The translations under genes were made by a program, and so were the position numbers. A stretch of DNA of 64,000 nt, taken from a virus. Taxonomy: Duplodnaviria; Caudoviricetes. The stretch is taken from the IMG/VR virus record IMGVR_UViG_2897842695_000001, positions 31,652-95,651 of that record; one strand, 5' to 3'. Below the pieces are notes generated by a model. It had not been told where the DNA came from, did no database searches, and saw only the letters and a program-made list of their open reading frames with translations. Position 1 is the stretch's first letter. Each line of letters opens with the position of its first letter. Below, piece by piece: positions 8,185 through 18,809 of the stretch.

Positions 8185-11100
8185 TTAGATCTTTGATTGA
8201 AGTTCAGCGTAATTAGCAAACGCGGCTTCCATTAACGGCTCATTTTCTGGATATGTGCCGTTAGCTTCGAAGTGTTCGTATGCTTTCTCTAGGTCGTCTT
8301 GGTATTGCTCCAATAGCTCTAGAGTCACCTCGCCTTTGTAGTCGCGAATAGTTTTAAGCTTCTCTACGTGTTCCATTTCTTCTGTGTTTTCCGGTGCTGG
8401 TAGCTCTTGAGTTAGGTCAAGTGCGTGGATACATAGCATTTCAAGCTCGTTGGCACTTTCGAATGTACCAACTTGCTCGCCGCCAAAGTAAGCCGCTAGG
8501 CTGTATTGACCGTTCTCAATCACTGGATATACATAAACAGCCTTGCTGCCATGACGTGCGATTAGATACTTATCGCCGTAAGCATTCGCCACATCATTCG
8601 AATGATTGGTTTTAATGCTGCCGCTGGTGATGAACGTTAGCTTATTAACTTCTGGTGAAGCGTAAGCGTGTAGTGATTGCCAGTTCTCAAGAGGTTTGAT
8701 CTCTAGAGCTGACTTTTCATTTAGCTGGCTAGTTAATGTTTCGTAGAGAGACTCTAGCTTGTCTAAAGCGTCGTCCTCGTCGGTGATATTCACCTGTTTA
8801 ACCTTACCAGCTGGGAATGTCACCTCCTGCTTACCAAGGGCCATCTTAAAGCCGGTGAAGCGTTCTAGTTCTTCAAGCTGCGCTCGCTCGCCATCGTTCA
8901 TTGTGTTGTTGATGTAGTCCATATCCAGCGATTTGCTTTCAACCTGATCGCCTTGCTGGTGCGTTTCAGTTAGAGACTCCAGCTCAATTACTTTGCGTTC
9001 ACGTTTAAAGTCAAAGTCCACTTCTAAGCGGCCACCGTAAAAGTTCACATCAAAGTAATCCGTCATTGAATCACTGTTGTTGTAGTTGTACTGGTCCACA
9101 TACGCATTAACAAACTCAATCAGCTTGTTCACTTCTTCCGTATAGAACGAAATGCCTCGGCTGTTGGTTGAGTTAGGGTTATCGATTTCGAACTGTAGGT
9201 ACTCTGGATTCCAAAGCATCACGTTCTCTGGCAAGCCAACCAAGCGAAGTGCTAGGCTGTTGTAGCTGTCTTTCTTAACCGAGATAACAACGTCTTTAGG
9301 TAGGCGACCCGCTTTTTTCATTTGCGTTAGGAAAGAGCGAACACGGCTAGCGATAGTTTTAACGTCACCGATATTCTCGGCATCATAGATAGAGCCAGAA
9401 TTAAACTCGCTGCTGTCTAGTGCTAGTAGCTGCTTTTCTTCTTCCGTCTTATCTTTTGTCGCTTCGTCTACATCGTCGGCTTTGGCCGCGCTGATAGTAC
9501 CTAGTAGTTTCGCCAGTTCTTCGCCACCAGCTTTAGTTAGTAGCACGCGTGAATTTTTGATGCTGACTGCCGTTAACTTTTCACCTTTAGGCGTAATGAC
9601 CGTTTGAGTAGTAATACCTAGCTCATCAAGCTTGGCGTTTTGGTCCTCAGTCATTGAGTCAAAGTCAAACTCACCACCAGCCTTAACGATCGCGATATGC
9701 TCAAGCGCATTGTCTTTTAGTTGCAAGCCACCATGAATAGTGCCTTTCTCTGCGGCCAATGAGTTATAGATACACTCCAGACCATTAACCGTTGTGAACA
9801 TGGATTGATTCACCGGCGGGTAACTGCGCGATACTTTGCGGTCTGCTAGTTCCTCAAGCGTTTCGCCATCTTTCAGCATCTTGAACAAGTCAGTCACAAT
9901 AGCTTTTTGATGTTCGCTGTTTAGCTCGTTCGCTTTGGTTACGGCTTCTTTGCCGTCTAAGTTACGCTCGACAATTCGGCCAGTGAACAAGTCGATCACA
10001 ACACCATCTTGCTTGCCAATTGATACCGCGTAGTCGTAACGCTTCTCGCTGGCGCGTGCTAGTTCGCCTTTGTGGCTGTAATTCGTCAGGTTATGCAGAT
10101 CCGGCAAGCCGCGCATTTGCGCTTCGGCTTCTACAGCGGCCACATACCAAGTAGGCATTGAGCCGTTTTGGATTGCGGTTGCTTCTTGCTCTGTAAGGTT
10201 TGGATCGTTGCGTAGGTAGCGGCTGCCCTCTGTTGAGAGGATATCCGTCATAGTGACACCGGCGTAACGGAAATACTGCGCAAACAAATCTTCGTCAGAA
10301 ACGTCTTTGAAGTTCGGGTATTCGCCATCAGCAATGTCGTTGATGTATCGCTCAACCGTGCGGTAGTCCTCGCCTTGCTCATCCATCGCTGGCACAACGG
10401 CTTCGCCTTTGATTTTCGCTAGCTGGTAGTCACCAAGGCGATATACGCTTGTACCACCAAAGCCTTTTTCAACGTCCTCAATTGAGATCGCTTCGCCGTT
10501 CTCGAACTTGTCGTAAACGTCCTTACGTGTATGCGCCATTTCAAACATATTGTTTAGTGACGCAAAGAAGTTATCACGGTAAGCCAAGATTGATTTAAGC
10601 AAGCTTTCGCGAGTTGCATTCAATTTTCGGTAAGGAATGTTCTTCGCTTTAAGGAACGCGACGATCTGCTGACGATTCTTGAATTGAGCATCCAATGATG
10701 CGTAAGTTTCGCCTTGCAGTTCTTCAACGATTCGCATTTGTGATGCGATACGGGCCGCTTGTCCTGCTACACCCTCACCACGTTTCGGTGATTTAGTGAT
10801 ACCGCCAAGTGAGCGAGACGCGAGCATAACAGCACGTTTGCGCTCTTTAGGTGGAAGCGTTTCAATGTTCTTCAAGCGATCGGTGGCCGAATCAATGAAC
10901 TTCATTCGAGCTTGTGTCTTTTGTTGCTGCTCGTTTGCGTCTGGTCCTTGTTCTTCGGCTAGGTGATATTCGTCCTCGGCAACTTTCTGGATCAGCTCTG
11001 GAGTAACCAGATCAATTGATGCGTTCCAGTTCTTGTAGGCCGTAGGGTTAATCTTGCGTTCTTGATATTCGACTTGTTCGCGTAGTACGTTGCCAAAAAC

Positions 11101-13602
11101 AGATTTGAAGTTACCCATTTTCAACGTATTCAGTTGGTCTTGAGTTAGTTCGTCCAAGTCCTTGCTATCTAGCCAATCAGATAGGGCCGTATCAACGATC
11201 TTGTACGCTAGTTTTTCATCGCCAGCGCCAGTGCCGAAAAGCGGCGCTAACTCGAATGCGCTTACTTGGTCAGCTGGTAGCTGTTTATCGTAACCAATCG
11301 CACCATGACGAATAGAGTTACCCGCATCAGGGAATTTCTCTTTAGCCTGTTCCGTATCCAAGAATTGAACTACTTGGTGATCTGCTGGAGTCGTGCCGAT
11401 GCCATAAGGGCGAGCGCGTAGGCCGTACCAAAATAGGTTAGCCGTGCCATCGTCGTTAGTGTCTGGTTGCTCGCCTTGGTCCTGTTCTTCGGTGGCCGCG
11501 TCTCTCTCTGCTTTCTCTTTTTCGTAGTCAGCAAGGATTACCGCTTTCACCTCATCCCAAGTTGTTAGGCCATCGCCGCCGTCAACCGGTGAACCCTCAC
11601 TGTATGCAACATTCAACGTTGCATCTTCTTTCGCGTAGACCATGTATTCACCGAACACGGTATCTGCATCGCGGTCTGGCGCGTAGAAGTAAACACGCGG
11701 CTCGTTATCTTCGCCTTTATCAATGGTCCAGTTCGCTGCAATATTCTTGCGACCGATAACGTCTAGTAAGATCTGTTTCAGTTGACGGTTTACGTCGTCC
11801 TCACTTAGCTCTGGATAGTCGTTTTCGATATTGCTTGCTAGCGTTGATTTTGTGTCGTCTACACTAAGTTCGCTTAGTTCCATTTGCTCCGCGTCTAGTG
11901 TGGCGATTGCATCATTGATGTAATCATTCGCGTAGCCAGTAACTAGCTTTTTAACATCGCTTACACCAGCGGCTCTGATCGCTGCGCCGTGCTGTTCAAC
12001 TAGGTCATTAACAACGCCGTCGAAGTCTCCACCAAACGCGTTTAGCTCAACCATAGTGCGTTTAGCATTGGCGTTCATTGAAGCCCAAGACTTAGGCACT
12101 GGTTCGTTGGCCGTGCCAAGTTTCCAAACGCCATTACGTGACGTTACCGCTGGTTTGTTGGCTACGTTGTTGTATGCCTTAATCAGCGCTAGAGCATCGT
12201 TAACGGCTTGTTGGTTGCCTTGCTTCGCTAGTGTCTCGATACGGCCCGTTAAGCTCTTAACGAATAGTGAGCGGTCGTAACCTCCCGAACCATTAATATC
12301 AATGTCAGCGATAGTGCTAAGGCTTGAGAAAATGCTACGGCCCACTGAACCAATAGCTAGAACCTTGTTACCAGCTGCTTTTACTTCTGGATCGCTGAAT
12401 AGACGGCCTAGCTCATCGTTGCCTTGCGTCTCATCAACACCGGCTTGCTCTGCTTCTTTAGCGGCCTTTTCTTCCGCATCCTGATTATATTCATTGATGC
12501 GTTGGTCCATCGCGTAGTAGATGGCACTCAAAGTCATAGGCTTTGGATTGGTAGGCTTTTTACGCGGTTGCATGATGGCGCGGTTAACCATGAACAACAT
12601 CACTTTGTTGTCGTGCTTAACTTCGACGCTGTATTCGTTCTCTAGATCGTGGTTGTAGTTATCACCGTTAACAGTCAGTGTGTAACCATTGCCTAGATCG
12701 AGTTTGTCGCCACGTTTTAACTCGTAATTAGGATCGAGCGTTCTGGTCATTGGCGGGTATGTTTCACCCGTTGCTTGTTCTGTTCCAGATTCCGCGCCAC
12801 CAGCTTCACCAGTGCCGGTTTGCTTAACGCCGAGCTGCTTGCGTAGTTCTTCTTGAATATCGTTATGGTTATCGATCTGACTTTGAATGCGGCTTTGCTT
12901 TTTCTTGGTCGTTTCGATTTGTTCCTCTAGCGAGTCAACCTGATCATTTAACTGCGCTGTTTCTTCTTCAAGCTGTTGGGCCTTGTCTTGAGTTTCAGCA
13001 AGTTCTTTAGCGTCTGCGTCTTTCTTGGATTGAGCCGCTTGGAACTTCTCACTGTTGTTCTCTAAAAGAGTACCTAGCTTTGTGGTCACTTCTTTTAAAG
13101 AAAGGTCCATATTGCCTTTAGGCGCAACAACGTGAGTAACATCGCGAGAGTTCATCATGAAACGGAAAGCGATCAGCGTATCGTCAGCATTGATTTTTAG
13201 CGGATCGTTGTCTGGAGCATGAAAAGCGATAGAAACACTCTGGCCGTCAGATAGTGGAATTTTCGCGACTTGCACGGCTACCGCGCCAGACTTGCGAGGT
13301 TTGCCGATTTCAATTTCACCACAAGTTAGGTTTGGTGTTTGGCGTTCTAGTTGGTTGCCGAACTTTTTAACACGTTGAGCCAGCATTGACGCTTTCGATT
13401 TGAACGCCTCCAGCATCATCTGAGCTACTGGCTCGCACTGAAAAAGCAATGTGTTTTCCAAGTCCTCAAGCGTTACCGACTCAAGCAAAAGCTCGCCGTT
13501 TTCCGCTTGGTATAGAGCCTCAATTTGCTCTGGTGTTAGAGTTTTCGCCAAGTGGTCGATTCGGTCCACCACTTTGATTTGTTCTGTGCTGGTAAACATC
13601 AT
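8185..13602 (-). CDS. darA: expanded DarA internal head/antirestriction polyvalent protein
   Basis: DarA N-domain (IPLSDGQSVSIAFHAP), coiled coil, DarA C-like YGLRARPYGIGTTP, LPD29-like YNYNNSDSMTDYFDVNFY; downstream of hdf. Confidence 0.85.
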   Translation of the reverse strand: MMFTSTEQIKVVDRIDHLAKTLTPEQIEALYQAENGELLLESVTLEDLENTLLFQCEPVAQMMLEAFKSKASMLAQRVKKFGNQLERQTPNLTCGEIEIGKPRKSGAVAVQVAKIPLSDGQSVSIAFHAPDNDPLKINADDTLIAFRFMMNSRDVTHVVAPKGNMDLSLKEVTTKLGTLLENNSEKFQAAQSKKDADAKELAETQDKAQQLEEETAQLNDQVDSLEEQIETTKKKQSRIQSQIDNHNDIQEELRKQLGVKQTGTGEAGGAESGTEQATGETYPPMTRTLDPNYELKRGDKLDLGNGYTLTVNGDNYNHDLENEYSVEVKHDNKVMLFMVNRAIMQPRKKPTNPKPMTLSAIYYAMDQRINEYNQDAEEKAAKEAEQAGVDETQGNDELGRLFSDPEVKAAGNKVLAIGSVGRSIFSSLSTIADIDINGSGGYDRSLFVKSLTGRIETLAKQGNQQAVNDALALIKAYNNVANKPAVTSRNGVWKLGTANEPVPKSWASMNANAKRTMVELNAFGGDFDGVVNDLVEQHGAAIRAAGVSDVKKLVTGYANDYINDAIATLDAEQMELSELSVDDTKSTLASNIENDYPELSEDDVNRQLKQILLDVIGRKNIAANWTIDKGEDNEPRVYFYAPDRDADTVFGEYMVYAKEDATLNVAYSEGSPVDGGDGLTTWDEVKAVILADYEKEKAERDAATEEQDQGEQPDTNDDGTANLFWYGLRARPYGIGTTPADHQVVQFLDTEQAKEKFPDAGNSIRHGAIGYDKQLPADQVSAFELAPLFGTGAGDEKLAYKIVDTALSDWLDSKDLDELTQDQLNTLKMGNFKSVFGNVLREQVEYQERKINPTAYKNWNASIDLVTPELIQKVAEDEYHLAEEQGPDANEQQQKTQARMKFIDSATDRLKNIETLPPKERKRAVMLASRSLGGITKSPKRGEGVAGQAARIASQMRIVEELQGETYASLDAQFKNRQQIVAFLKAKNIPYRKLNATRESLLKSILAYRDNFFASLNNMFEMAHTRKDVYDKFENGEAISIEDVEKGFGGTSVYRLGDYQLAKIKGEAVVPAMDEQGEDYRTVERYINDIADGEYPNFKDVSDEDLFAQYFRYAGVTMTDILSTEGSRYLRNDPNLTEQEATAIQNGSMPTWYVAAVEAEAQMRGLPDLHNLTNYSHKGELARASEKRYDYAVSIGKQDGVVIDLFTGRIVERNLDGKEAVTKANELNSEHQKAIVTDLFKMLKDGETLEELADRKVSRSYPPVNQSMFTTVNGLECIYNSLAAEKGTIHGGLQLKDNALEHIAIVKAGGEFDFDSMTEDQNAKLDELGITTQTVITPKGEKLTAVSIKNSRVLLTKAGGEELAKLLGTISAAKADDVDEATKDKTEEEKQLLALDSSEFNSGSIYDAENIGDVKTIASRVRSFLTQMKKAGRLPKDVVISVKKDSYNSLALRLVGLPENVMLWNPEYLQFEIDNPNSTNSRGISFYTEEVNKLIEFVNAYVDQYNYNNSDSMTDYFDVNFYGGRLEVDFDFKRERKVIELESLTETHQQGDQVESKSLDMDYINNTMNDGERAQLEELERFTGFKMALGKQEVTFPAGKVKQVNITDEDDALDKLESLYETLTSQLNEKSALEIKPLENWQSLHAYASPEVNKLTFITSGSIKTNHSNDVANAYGDKYLIARHGSKAVYVYPVIENGQYSLAAYFGGEQVGTFESANELEMLCIHALDLTQELPAPENTEEMEHVEKLKTIRDYKGEVTLELLEQYQDDLEKAYEHFEANGTYPENEPLMEAAFANYAELQSKI

Positions 13603-14222
13603 TTCGCCGCCTCCACTTGTTCTTCCAGTTCTTTCGTTTCTTGTTTTTCACGCTCAAGCTCTGCCTCAAGTTCGCTTAGTTTTGTGGATTCAGCATCAAG
13701 TTGACTTTGCGCTTTATCGCGAGCTGATTGAGCATTAGTGTGGTTTGATTCCGCTGTAGAAAGTGCGGTTTTCGCTTCGTCTAAGCGCTGGGAAATGGAT
13801 CGAGACGCTGGCTTAGTGCTAGACGTGTCTTTGACGGCTTTAGCAGCTTTGCGAGCTGCGGCCTTTTCGAATTTGGTTTGGTTGCGGTCCATAAGCTGAG
13901 TCATAGCTTTAGCTAGTTCTCGCTCATTGCTGACGCTAGGAATAGGTTGCTTAGTGTTGTTGAGCGTCATTTGATAAATGTCGCCCTCATCACCGATAAA
14001 CAAAGTCATGGCTTGGCCGTTTTCAAAGAATAGCTTCGCTTTTTTCACAACTTCGCCATCACGGCGCATTTTCTTGTTTGGCGCTTCAATATCAATGACG
14101 TTAGAACCGGCATTTTTTAAAGCGGTGATGAGCTTTTTAAGCCCTTTTTCGGTTACGTTGTCAAAGTCCACCACAACGTAGTTATGGCTTTGGTCTTTGG
14201 CAAAACGGCTGGTATTACGCAA
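13599..14222 (-). CDS. hdf: Hdf (DarA N-domain homologue)
   Basis: VDFDNVTEKGLKKLI...FENGQ; C-terminal coiled coil; between lydB and darA as in P1. Confidence 0.8.
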   Translation of the reverse strand: MRNTSRFAKDQSHNYVVVDFDNVTEKGLKKLITALKNAGSNVIDIEAPNKKMRRDGEVVKKAKLFFENGQAMTLFIGDEGDIYQMTLNNTKQPIPSVSNERELAKAMTQLMDRNQTKFEKAAARKAAKAVKDTSSTKPASRSISQRLDEAKTALSTAESNHTNAQSARDKAQSQLDAESTKLSELEAELEREKQETKELEEQVEAAK

Positions 14223-14288
14223 GTTGCCACTCCTTGAGAGAGTGACGTTTAAGAGGACGGGGAATCCAAACGGAATTTTAAGCTGAAT

Positions 14289-14702
14289 TTAGCTAATTTC
14301 AAATTCCTCCGTGTGTCGAGTGGTTGTCGGAAAGATTTTGTATAGCGGATTCAAGAAAGAACACGATCGCTCAATCTTAACGTCGAGAATCCAATCCCCA
14401 AGTAACTTTTCGCCAGCTTCTTTCTCCAGTGCGGCCTTATCGAAAATAAGGTACTCACTGTTGTTACCGGCTGTTGAAAAGTCTAGTTTGCGCGTTCTGG
14501 TGATAACTGCTGACGGTCGTTTTTTGCTACGTAGCGAATACGTGAGCATACCGGTACGGATCGCTCGCTTTGAACTAAAACTAAGTACAAATCGAATCGC
14601 CAAAGGATCATCTATCTGACGTGTATAGTCGATAGTGACCTTGTTTCGTTTCAGCAAAAAGCGATCAGCAATAGCTAGACCGACAATTGCTAATTCCATC
14701 AT
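14289..14702 (-). CDS. lydB: LydB-like antiholin
   Basis: N-terminal hydrophobic segment, SFLNPLYKIFP motif; synteny. Confidence 0.7.
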   Translation of the reverse strand: MMELAIVGLAIADRFLLKRNKVTIDYTRQIDDPLAIRFVLSFSSKRAIRTGMLTYSLRSKKRPSAVITRTRKLDFSTAGNNSEYLIFDKAALEKEAGEKLLGDWILDVKIERSCSFLNPLYKIFPTTTRHTEEFEIS

Positions 14703-15022
14703 TTGCTAGTTCCTCCACTATTAAAAAATTTCGCTAAACCTTTGATTGCCAGCTGCCGTATAGCGGCGAGTGAGTCAGCCCCGTTGTTGGAAGCCACTAG
14801 AACTAGAGCGCATGTGTAACCGCGTTCCATTCCGTGACTTTCAAGCACATAGGCGACAATTAAGCCAACGACAAGCGCTAGCGTAATTTCAGTGATAAGG
14901 TCCATGAAACCACCTTTCAAACGCGCCTCGCGGCGGCCTTGTAGGTAAGAACCAATACCACTGAGCGCGGATAGAGCTAGTACACTGAATGTAAAGCTCT
15001 CACCGAACAAGATAATCGGCAT
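14699..15022 (-). CDS. lydA: LydA-like holin
   Basis: Three hydrophobic segments, LVASNNG motif; overlaps lydB. Confidence 0.75.
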   Translation of the reverse strand: MPIILFGESFTFSVLALSALSGIGSYLQGRREARLKGGFMDLITEITLALVVGLIVAYVLESHGMERGYTCALVLVASNNGADSLAAIRQLAIKGLAKFFNSGGTSK

Positions 15023-15177
15023 GCACTCCCCCTTTTTTGCTTGTCTTGCAAAGTGTATTCGGAATGGCTTATGCCGCTCAATAGATGGGCGTTACTTGAT
15101 TTATAAAGGCATATAAATAGGACTAAAAGAGGCGGTTAGTATGCTGGATTTACACCAGCATACTAAGGTTTGGACGA

Positions 15178-16212
15178 CTAAACGTTGTCTAAGAGGATTT
15201 TGTAACAGGCCAGTTTTGGATAGTGCGGTGCAGCTGGTGGATAGATACCAAATTTGTCACCGGTATAACCACCGCCACGCGTCATGAGGCTAACTTGCTC
15301 TAACTCACCGATCGCGTGAATGGCCGTCACGTAGTCACGTAGTACCTGTTTCATGGTATCAGTGAATAGCAGCTCGTTAATGTGCTTGTAATCGCTCAAG
15401 TTACCGTAGACCGCGTAATCACCTTTACGGGCGTTAAGTGCGTTGCGAATCGTACCGTCATAGTCGATCACATAATCATTCACCAGCTGGTTATTAAGGA
15501 AGTCACCAGAATTGAGACTACCCATTTTGCCTTTTTTCAGCGCTTTAGCATCGTTATACACAAAGTAGCTGGTTTTCACTTTATCCAAGCTCTCGATGTA
15601 CTTGAAAAGCTCAACGGTAGAATGGCCGAATTGCTTCATCATTTCCGTGTTCGCGTAAATGTCGAACTGCGTTGAGAATCGTTTGATCCCTGCCGCTTCC
15701 AACTCTTTGTAAACGTCCACCAGCGTATGATGATTTGATTCACTCACCACCATTTGAACAACATGAATATGCTTTGCGTAGCGCTTCATAAGTTCATGGC
15801 CCTTTAGCGAACCTTTCTTACCATTACCAAGGCCATCGTAGCTTAGTATCAGCTTGCAATTGTATTCCTCCAATAGCTCGATCCACTCATCATCAAGTAG
15901 CAAGCCATTGGTAGTAATGCGCCAAGTATAAGGAATGTAGTATTTCTCTGAGCGAGCTTTGATGATCTCAAATACTTCGCGGAAATACTCTTTACCGTTC
16001 ATCAATGGCTCACCACCAAGGAATGAGAAGAACCACTTATTGAACCCTAGCGACTTGTCACACATTTCAGCGTAGCGCTCTGGAGGCATCATAGTTGCGA
16101 TTGGTAGATCGCCTTTTTTCATACGCTCCATTTCGCTATCTGTCATGCAGTAATCACAATCAAGAAAGCACGCGTTATTAACCTTTGGAAGAAACGATAT
16201 GCGATCGAACAT
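15178..16212 (-). CDS. radical SAM protein (AslB/anSME-like, degenerate SPASM)
   Basis: CFLDCDYC (CxxxCxxC), FLGGEPL, ITTNGLLLD, LSYDG. Confidence 0.9.
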   Translation of the reverse strand: MFDRISFLPKVNNACFLDCDYCMTDSEMERMKKGDLPIATMMPPERYAEMCDKSLGFNKWFFSFLGGEPLMNGKEYFREVFEIIKARSEKYYIPYTWRITTNGLLLDDEWIELLEEYNCKLILSYDGLGNGKKGSLKGHELMKRYAKHIHVVQMVVSESNHHTLVDVYKELEAAGIKRFSTQFDIYANTEMMKQFGHSTVELFKYIESLDKVKTSYFVYNDAKALKKGKMGSLNSGDFLNNQLVNDYVIDYDGTIRNALNARKGDYAVYGNLSDYKHINELLFTDTMKQVLRDYVTAIHAIGELEQVSLMTRGGGYTGDKFGIYPPAAPHYPKLACYKILLDNV

Positions 16213-16215
16213 AAC

Positions 16216-16968
16216 TTAGTATCCCTTAATGCCGTAAGTTTCCATCATGGCTACCATATCGGACGAACGGTCCACTTTAGCCGATGGGCGAGGTAATCCC
16301 TTTGCAACGCCAGTCTTGCCTAACCAGTCCAGCGAACAGAAGAAACGCACGTTGTTGTCTAGGTCGAAGCCGTAGTGCGTATAAGCGCGATAAACGGCGT
16401 TGTAACGCTCTCCAAAGTGCTTGAACGCTTGAGGCTGACTAAAGCCTAACTCGATACGGCGTTTTTCCATCACTTGTTGGAGCGTGGCCGTTTGGACCTC
16501 GCTTGAGTCAATATTCACCTTACCTAGTGAAAAATCACCGTTAGCGATAAACAGCATATTGATGAGGTCATAGCGATCATAAAGCTGGTCGTAAAACTCA
16601 CGCTGGGCCTTACCAAAGCGATAAGGCGTGCAGTTATCAAAGCGGTAGGTACGAATACCGGTAGCACGTAACACATTGCCGTTATAGACAGACTCTAAGA
16701 ACGTTAGGTAGCCGCCAACATTGCCGTCAGCATCGAGACAAATGTAATCAATCGGGCGTACCTCTGGCTCGTATTCCGGATAGTAGAAAGGCTGGCCGAT
16801 TAGTTCGGAAATATTGTCAGCACGACTAGGCGCAAACAGTAAATTTGGGAAGTCGTCAGCCAGTGATAGCAATTGCCGGTTCGCCGGTTTTTTACGCCAT
16901 TCATCGATCTTCGCGCATACCTCATCGAGATAAGGCGAATCACTTGTTAAGCGAATCAAGTAGCTCAC
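16216..16968 (-). CDS. putative GNAT-fold protein
   Basis: YICLDADGNVGGYLTF and FGKAQREFYDQL resemble GNAT strand and motif A; weak. Confidence 0.45.
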   Translation of the reverse strand: MSYLIRLTSDSPYLDEVCAKIDEWRKKPANRQLLSLADDFPNLLFAPSRADNISELIGQPFYYPEYEPEVRPIDYICLDADGNVGGYLTFLESVYNGNVLRATGIRTYRFDNCTPYRFGKAQREFYDQLYDRYDLINMLFIANGDFSLGKVNIDSSEVQTATLQQVMEKRRIELGFSQPQAFKHFGERYNAVYRAYTHYGFDLDNNVRFFCSLDWLGKTGVAKGLPRPSAKVDRSSDMVAMMETYGIKGY

Positions 16969-17596
16969 ATAAACCCCCTACATTTTTGTGATAGCGAGAC
17001 ATAAAGCAGTGACGTTTTGCGTTTGCTTCAATGGCGGCCACGAACTCATCATCTAAGTAATCGCGTGCATCACCGATCGCTTCTAGATATTGTTCCCAAC
17101 CAAAGGCCAGCATGCGGCCAGACTCGCGTTGTTGTTCCCACGGCTTGTATAAGCGGGTATTGATCACGGTCGCTTCACTCATTCGGCCAAACGTCTGAGT
17201 AATACCGCCTAGATCGTTAAAGTCAGGAATCGAGAAGTTAAAGCGCAAATCTTCACCTTGCACTTCGGTTCGGTCCGACTTCGTGTAAATCACAAGATCT
17301 TGTTTCGTGCCTTTCTGTTGGCTCATGAAACATGAACCTTTGAATGACTCGGTTTTATCAAACACCGGCTGAATTGAACCACGGAAAAACAGCGTAGGAG
17401 CAAGGCTGCACAAACGCTCTGAGTCTGCTTCAATATCGGCGTAATACTCATGCTTCACTAGGCGCGGGATCTCTTTGATTTCAAGATCTGTTAATACGTG
17501 AAGCTCATTTTCTGGATGATGCTTTAGAAAGCTCACCGCCATAATGTAGAACTGGTTAAGCCAGTCCTTATTCAACAATCTTACGTAGACTTTCAC
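16940..17596 (-). CDS. putative GT8-like glycosyltransferase
   Basis: MAVSFLKHHPENELHVLTD N-terminus and KPW motif. Confidence 0.45.
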   Translation of the reverse strand: MKVYVRLLNKDWLNQFYIMAVSFLKHHPENELHVLTDLEIKEIPRLVKHEYYADIEADSERLCSLAPTLFFRGSIQPVFDKTESFKGSCFMSQQKGTKQDLVIYTKSDRTEVQGEDLRFNFSIPDFNDLGGITQTFGRMSEATVINTRLYKPWEQQRESGRMLAFGWEQYLEAIGDARDYLDDEFVAAIEANAKRHCFMSRYHKNVGGLCELLDSLNK

Positions 17597-18431
17597 CGGT
17601 CACATTCTCCACTGCTTCAACGTATTTCATGATGTTTTTGTCAATGTCCTCTTTAGAGAAGAACAGGCCGGACAGGTCCGAGCTAAACATGCGGTTAAGC
17701 GCTTGCTGTGGTGGCAATACGCCGCCATCAAGCAACAAATCAACGTAGCTTGCATAACATGATTGGTAGTCGCTCCAGTCTTTGTGATTGGTAATGTCTA
17801 CCACTGACACACCATTAGCGATCGCAATAAAGTTCAGCTCGCTGGTGTTCGGGATGTAAGCCTTTTTCAGTGATGGAATTAGCGAGCCACCAGCGACACG
17901 GGCCGCAAATACATGGTTTGGATATTCCGCTTCAAGTTCGGCCATGTGGCGCTCATGTGTGACTGGATGAGGCTTGACCATGCCGCCCTCTTGAAATACG
18001 CATTCATTCACTTTCAAGAAGTCGATAGCAATACGCATACAGTTAGAACCGGCCAAGAACGCTACTACTTCCGGATGTTTCATTGAGCGGCGTAGCTTGT
18101 ATTTGTCTGGAGTGACAGATGAGCGGATCTGTTCGCAGTAATCAATCAGGTTTGCTGGCTTGTGCTGCATTGCTGCGCGTAGAACGGTCATGTGAGTGTC
18201 GTAGTGCATGTAGCGAATCGACACGCCACCAAGCGCACCACAAAACTCATGGATCGCGAATGAACCCTCGCCGTTGTTGTGGCAAATATCGAAGTCAACG
18301 TTATAGCCCATACCACGTAACTTGATTAAGGCATACTCGGCCAGCTGTCGGCTGGTGTTACCTTGGCTAGTTGGTAGGACCGTACCAGTACGTGCAAACG
18401 CTGAACGGTTATCAACAATCTCTGATTTCAT
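17568..18431 (-). CDS. putative GT-B glycosyltransferase (KpsS/sialyltransferase-like)
   Basis: VKPHP motif followed by NTSELNFIAIANG-type segment. Confidence 0.5.
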   Translation of the reverse strand: MKSEIVDNRSAFARTGTVLPTSQGNTSRQLAEYALIKLRGMGYNVDFDICHNNGEGSFAIHEFCGALGGVSIRYMHYDTHMTVLRAAMQHKPANLIDYCEQIRSSVTPDKYKLRRSMKHPEVVAFLAGSNCMRIAIDFLKVNECVFQEGGMVKPHPVTHERHMAELEAEYPNHVFAARVAGGSLIPSLKKAYIPNTSELNFIAIANGVSVVDITNHKDWSDYQSCYASYVDLLLDGGVLPPQQALNRMFSSDLSGLFFSKEDIDKNIMKYVEAVENVTGESLRKIVE

Positions 18432-18433
18432 GA

Positions 18434-18760
18434 TTACGCCTCGACTGGAGCAACACGGTTTAGATGGCCGTCAACACGCATCTTGATAGAGTCGATAATT
18501 GATGTTTTGACTTGCTCTAGCGCCTGTTCGTATTCAGCGACGATGGCATCTTTATCGTTATCTAACTGAGCGATGTGCTCAACGATTACTTCTGCGTTTT
18601 GTTTTGCGTGCTCAATGGTCGCCTCAACGATCGTTTTTAGCTCTGCATTAGAAGCAAGAACGGATTTCACCGCCTCATTGGCGTTATTCGCGATGGTCGT
18701 TACTTCTTTAAGTTTTTCTTCAAGCTCGCGAACGCGTAAGTCTAATTGTGTTTCACTCAT
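18434..18760 (-). CDS. small coiled-coil protein
   Basis: Heptad-rich helical sequence; AGGA RBS. Confidence 0.7.
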   Translation of the reverse strand: MSETQLDLRVRELEEKLKEVTTIANNANEAVKSVLASNAELKTIVEATIEHAKQNAEVIVEHIAQLDNDKDAIVAEYEQALEQVKTSIIDSIKMRVDGHLNRVAPVEA

Positions 18761-18781
18761 CTTTAATTTTCCTAGTGCATT

Positions 18782-18809
18782 AAAAAAGGCCGTTCGGAAT
18801 GAACAGCCT
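18782..18809 (-). terminator. terminator/attenuator between repeat-protein genes and enzyme genes
   Basis: Minus strand AGGCTGTTC-attcc-GAACGGCCTTTTTT. Confidence 0.7.
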
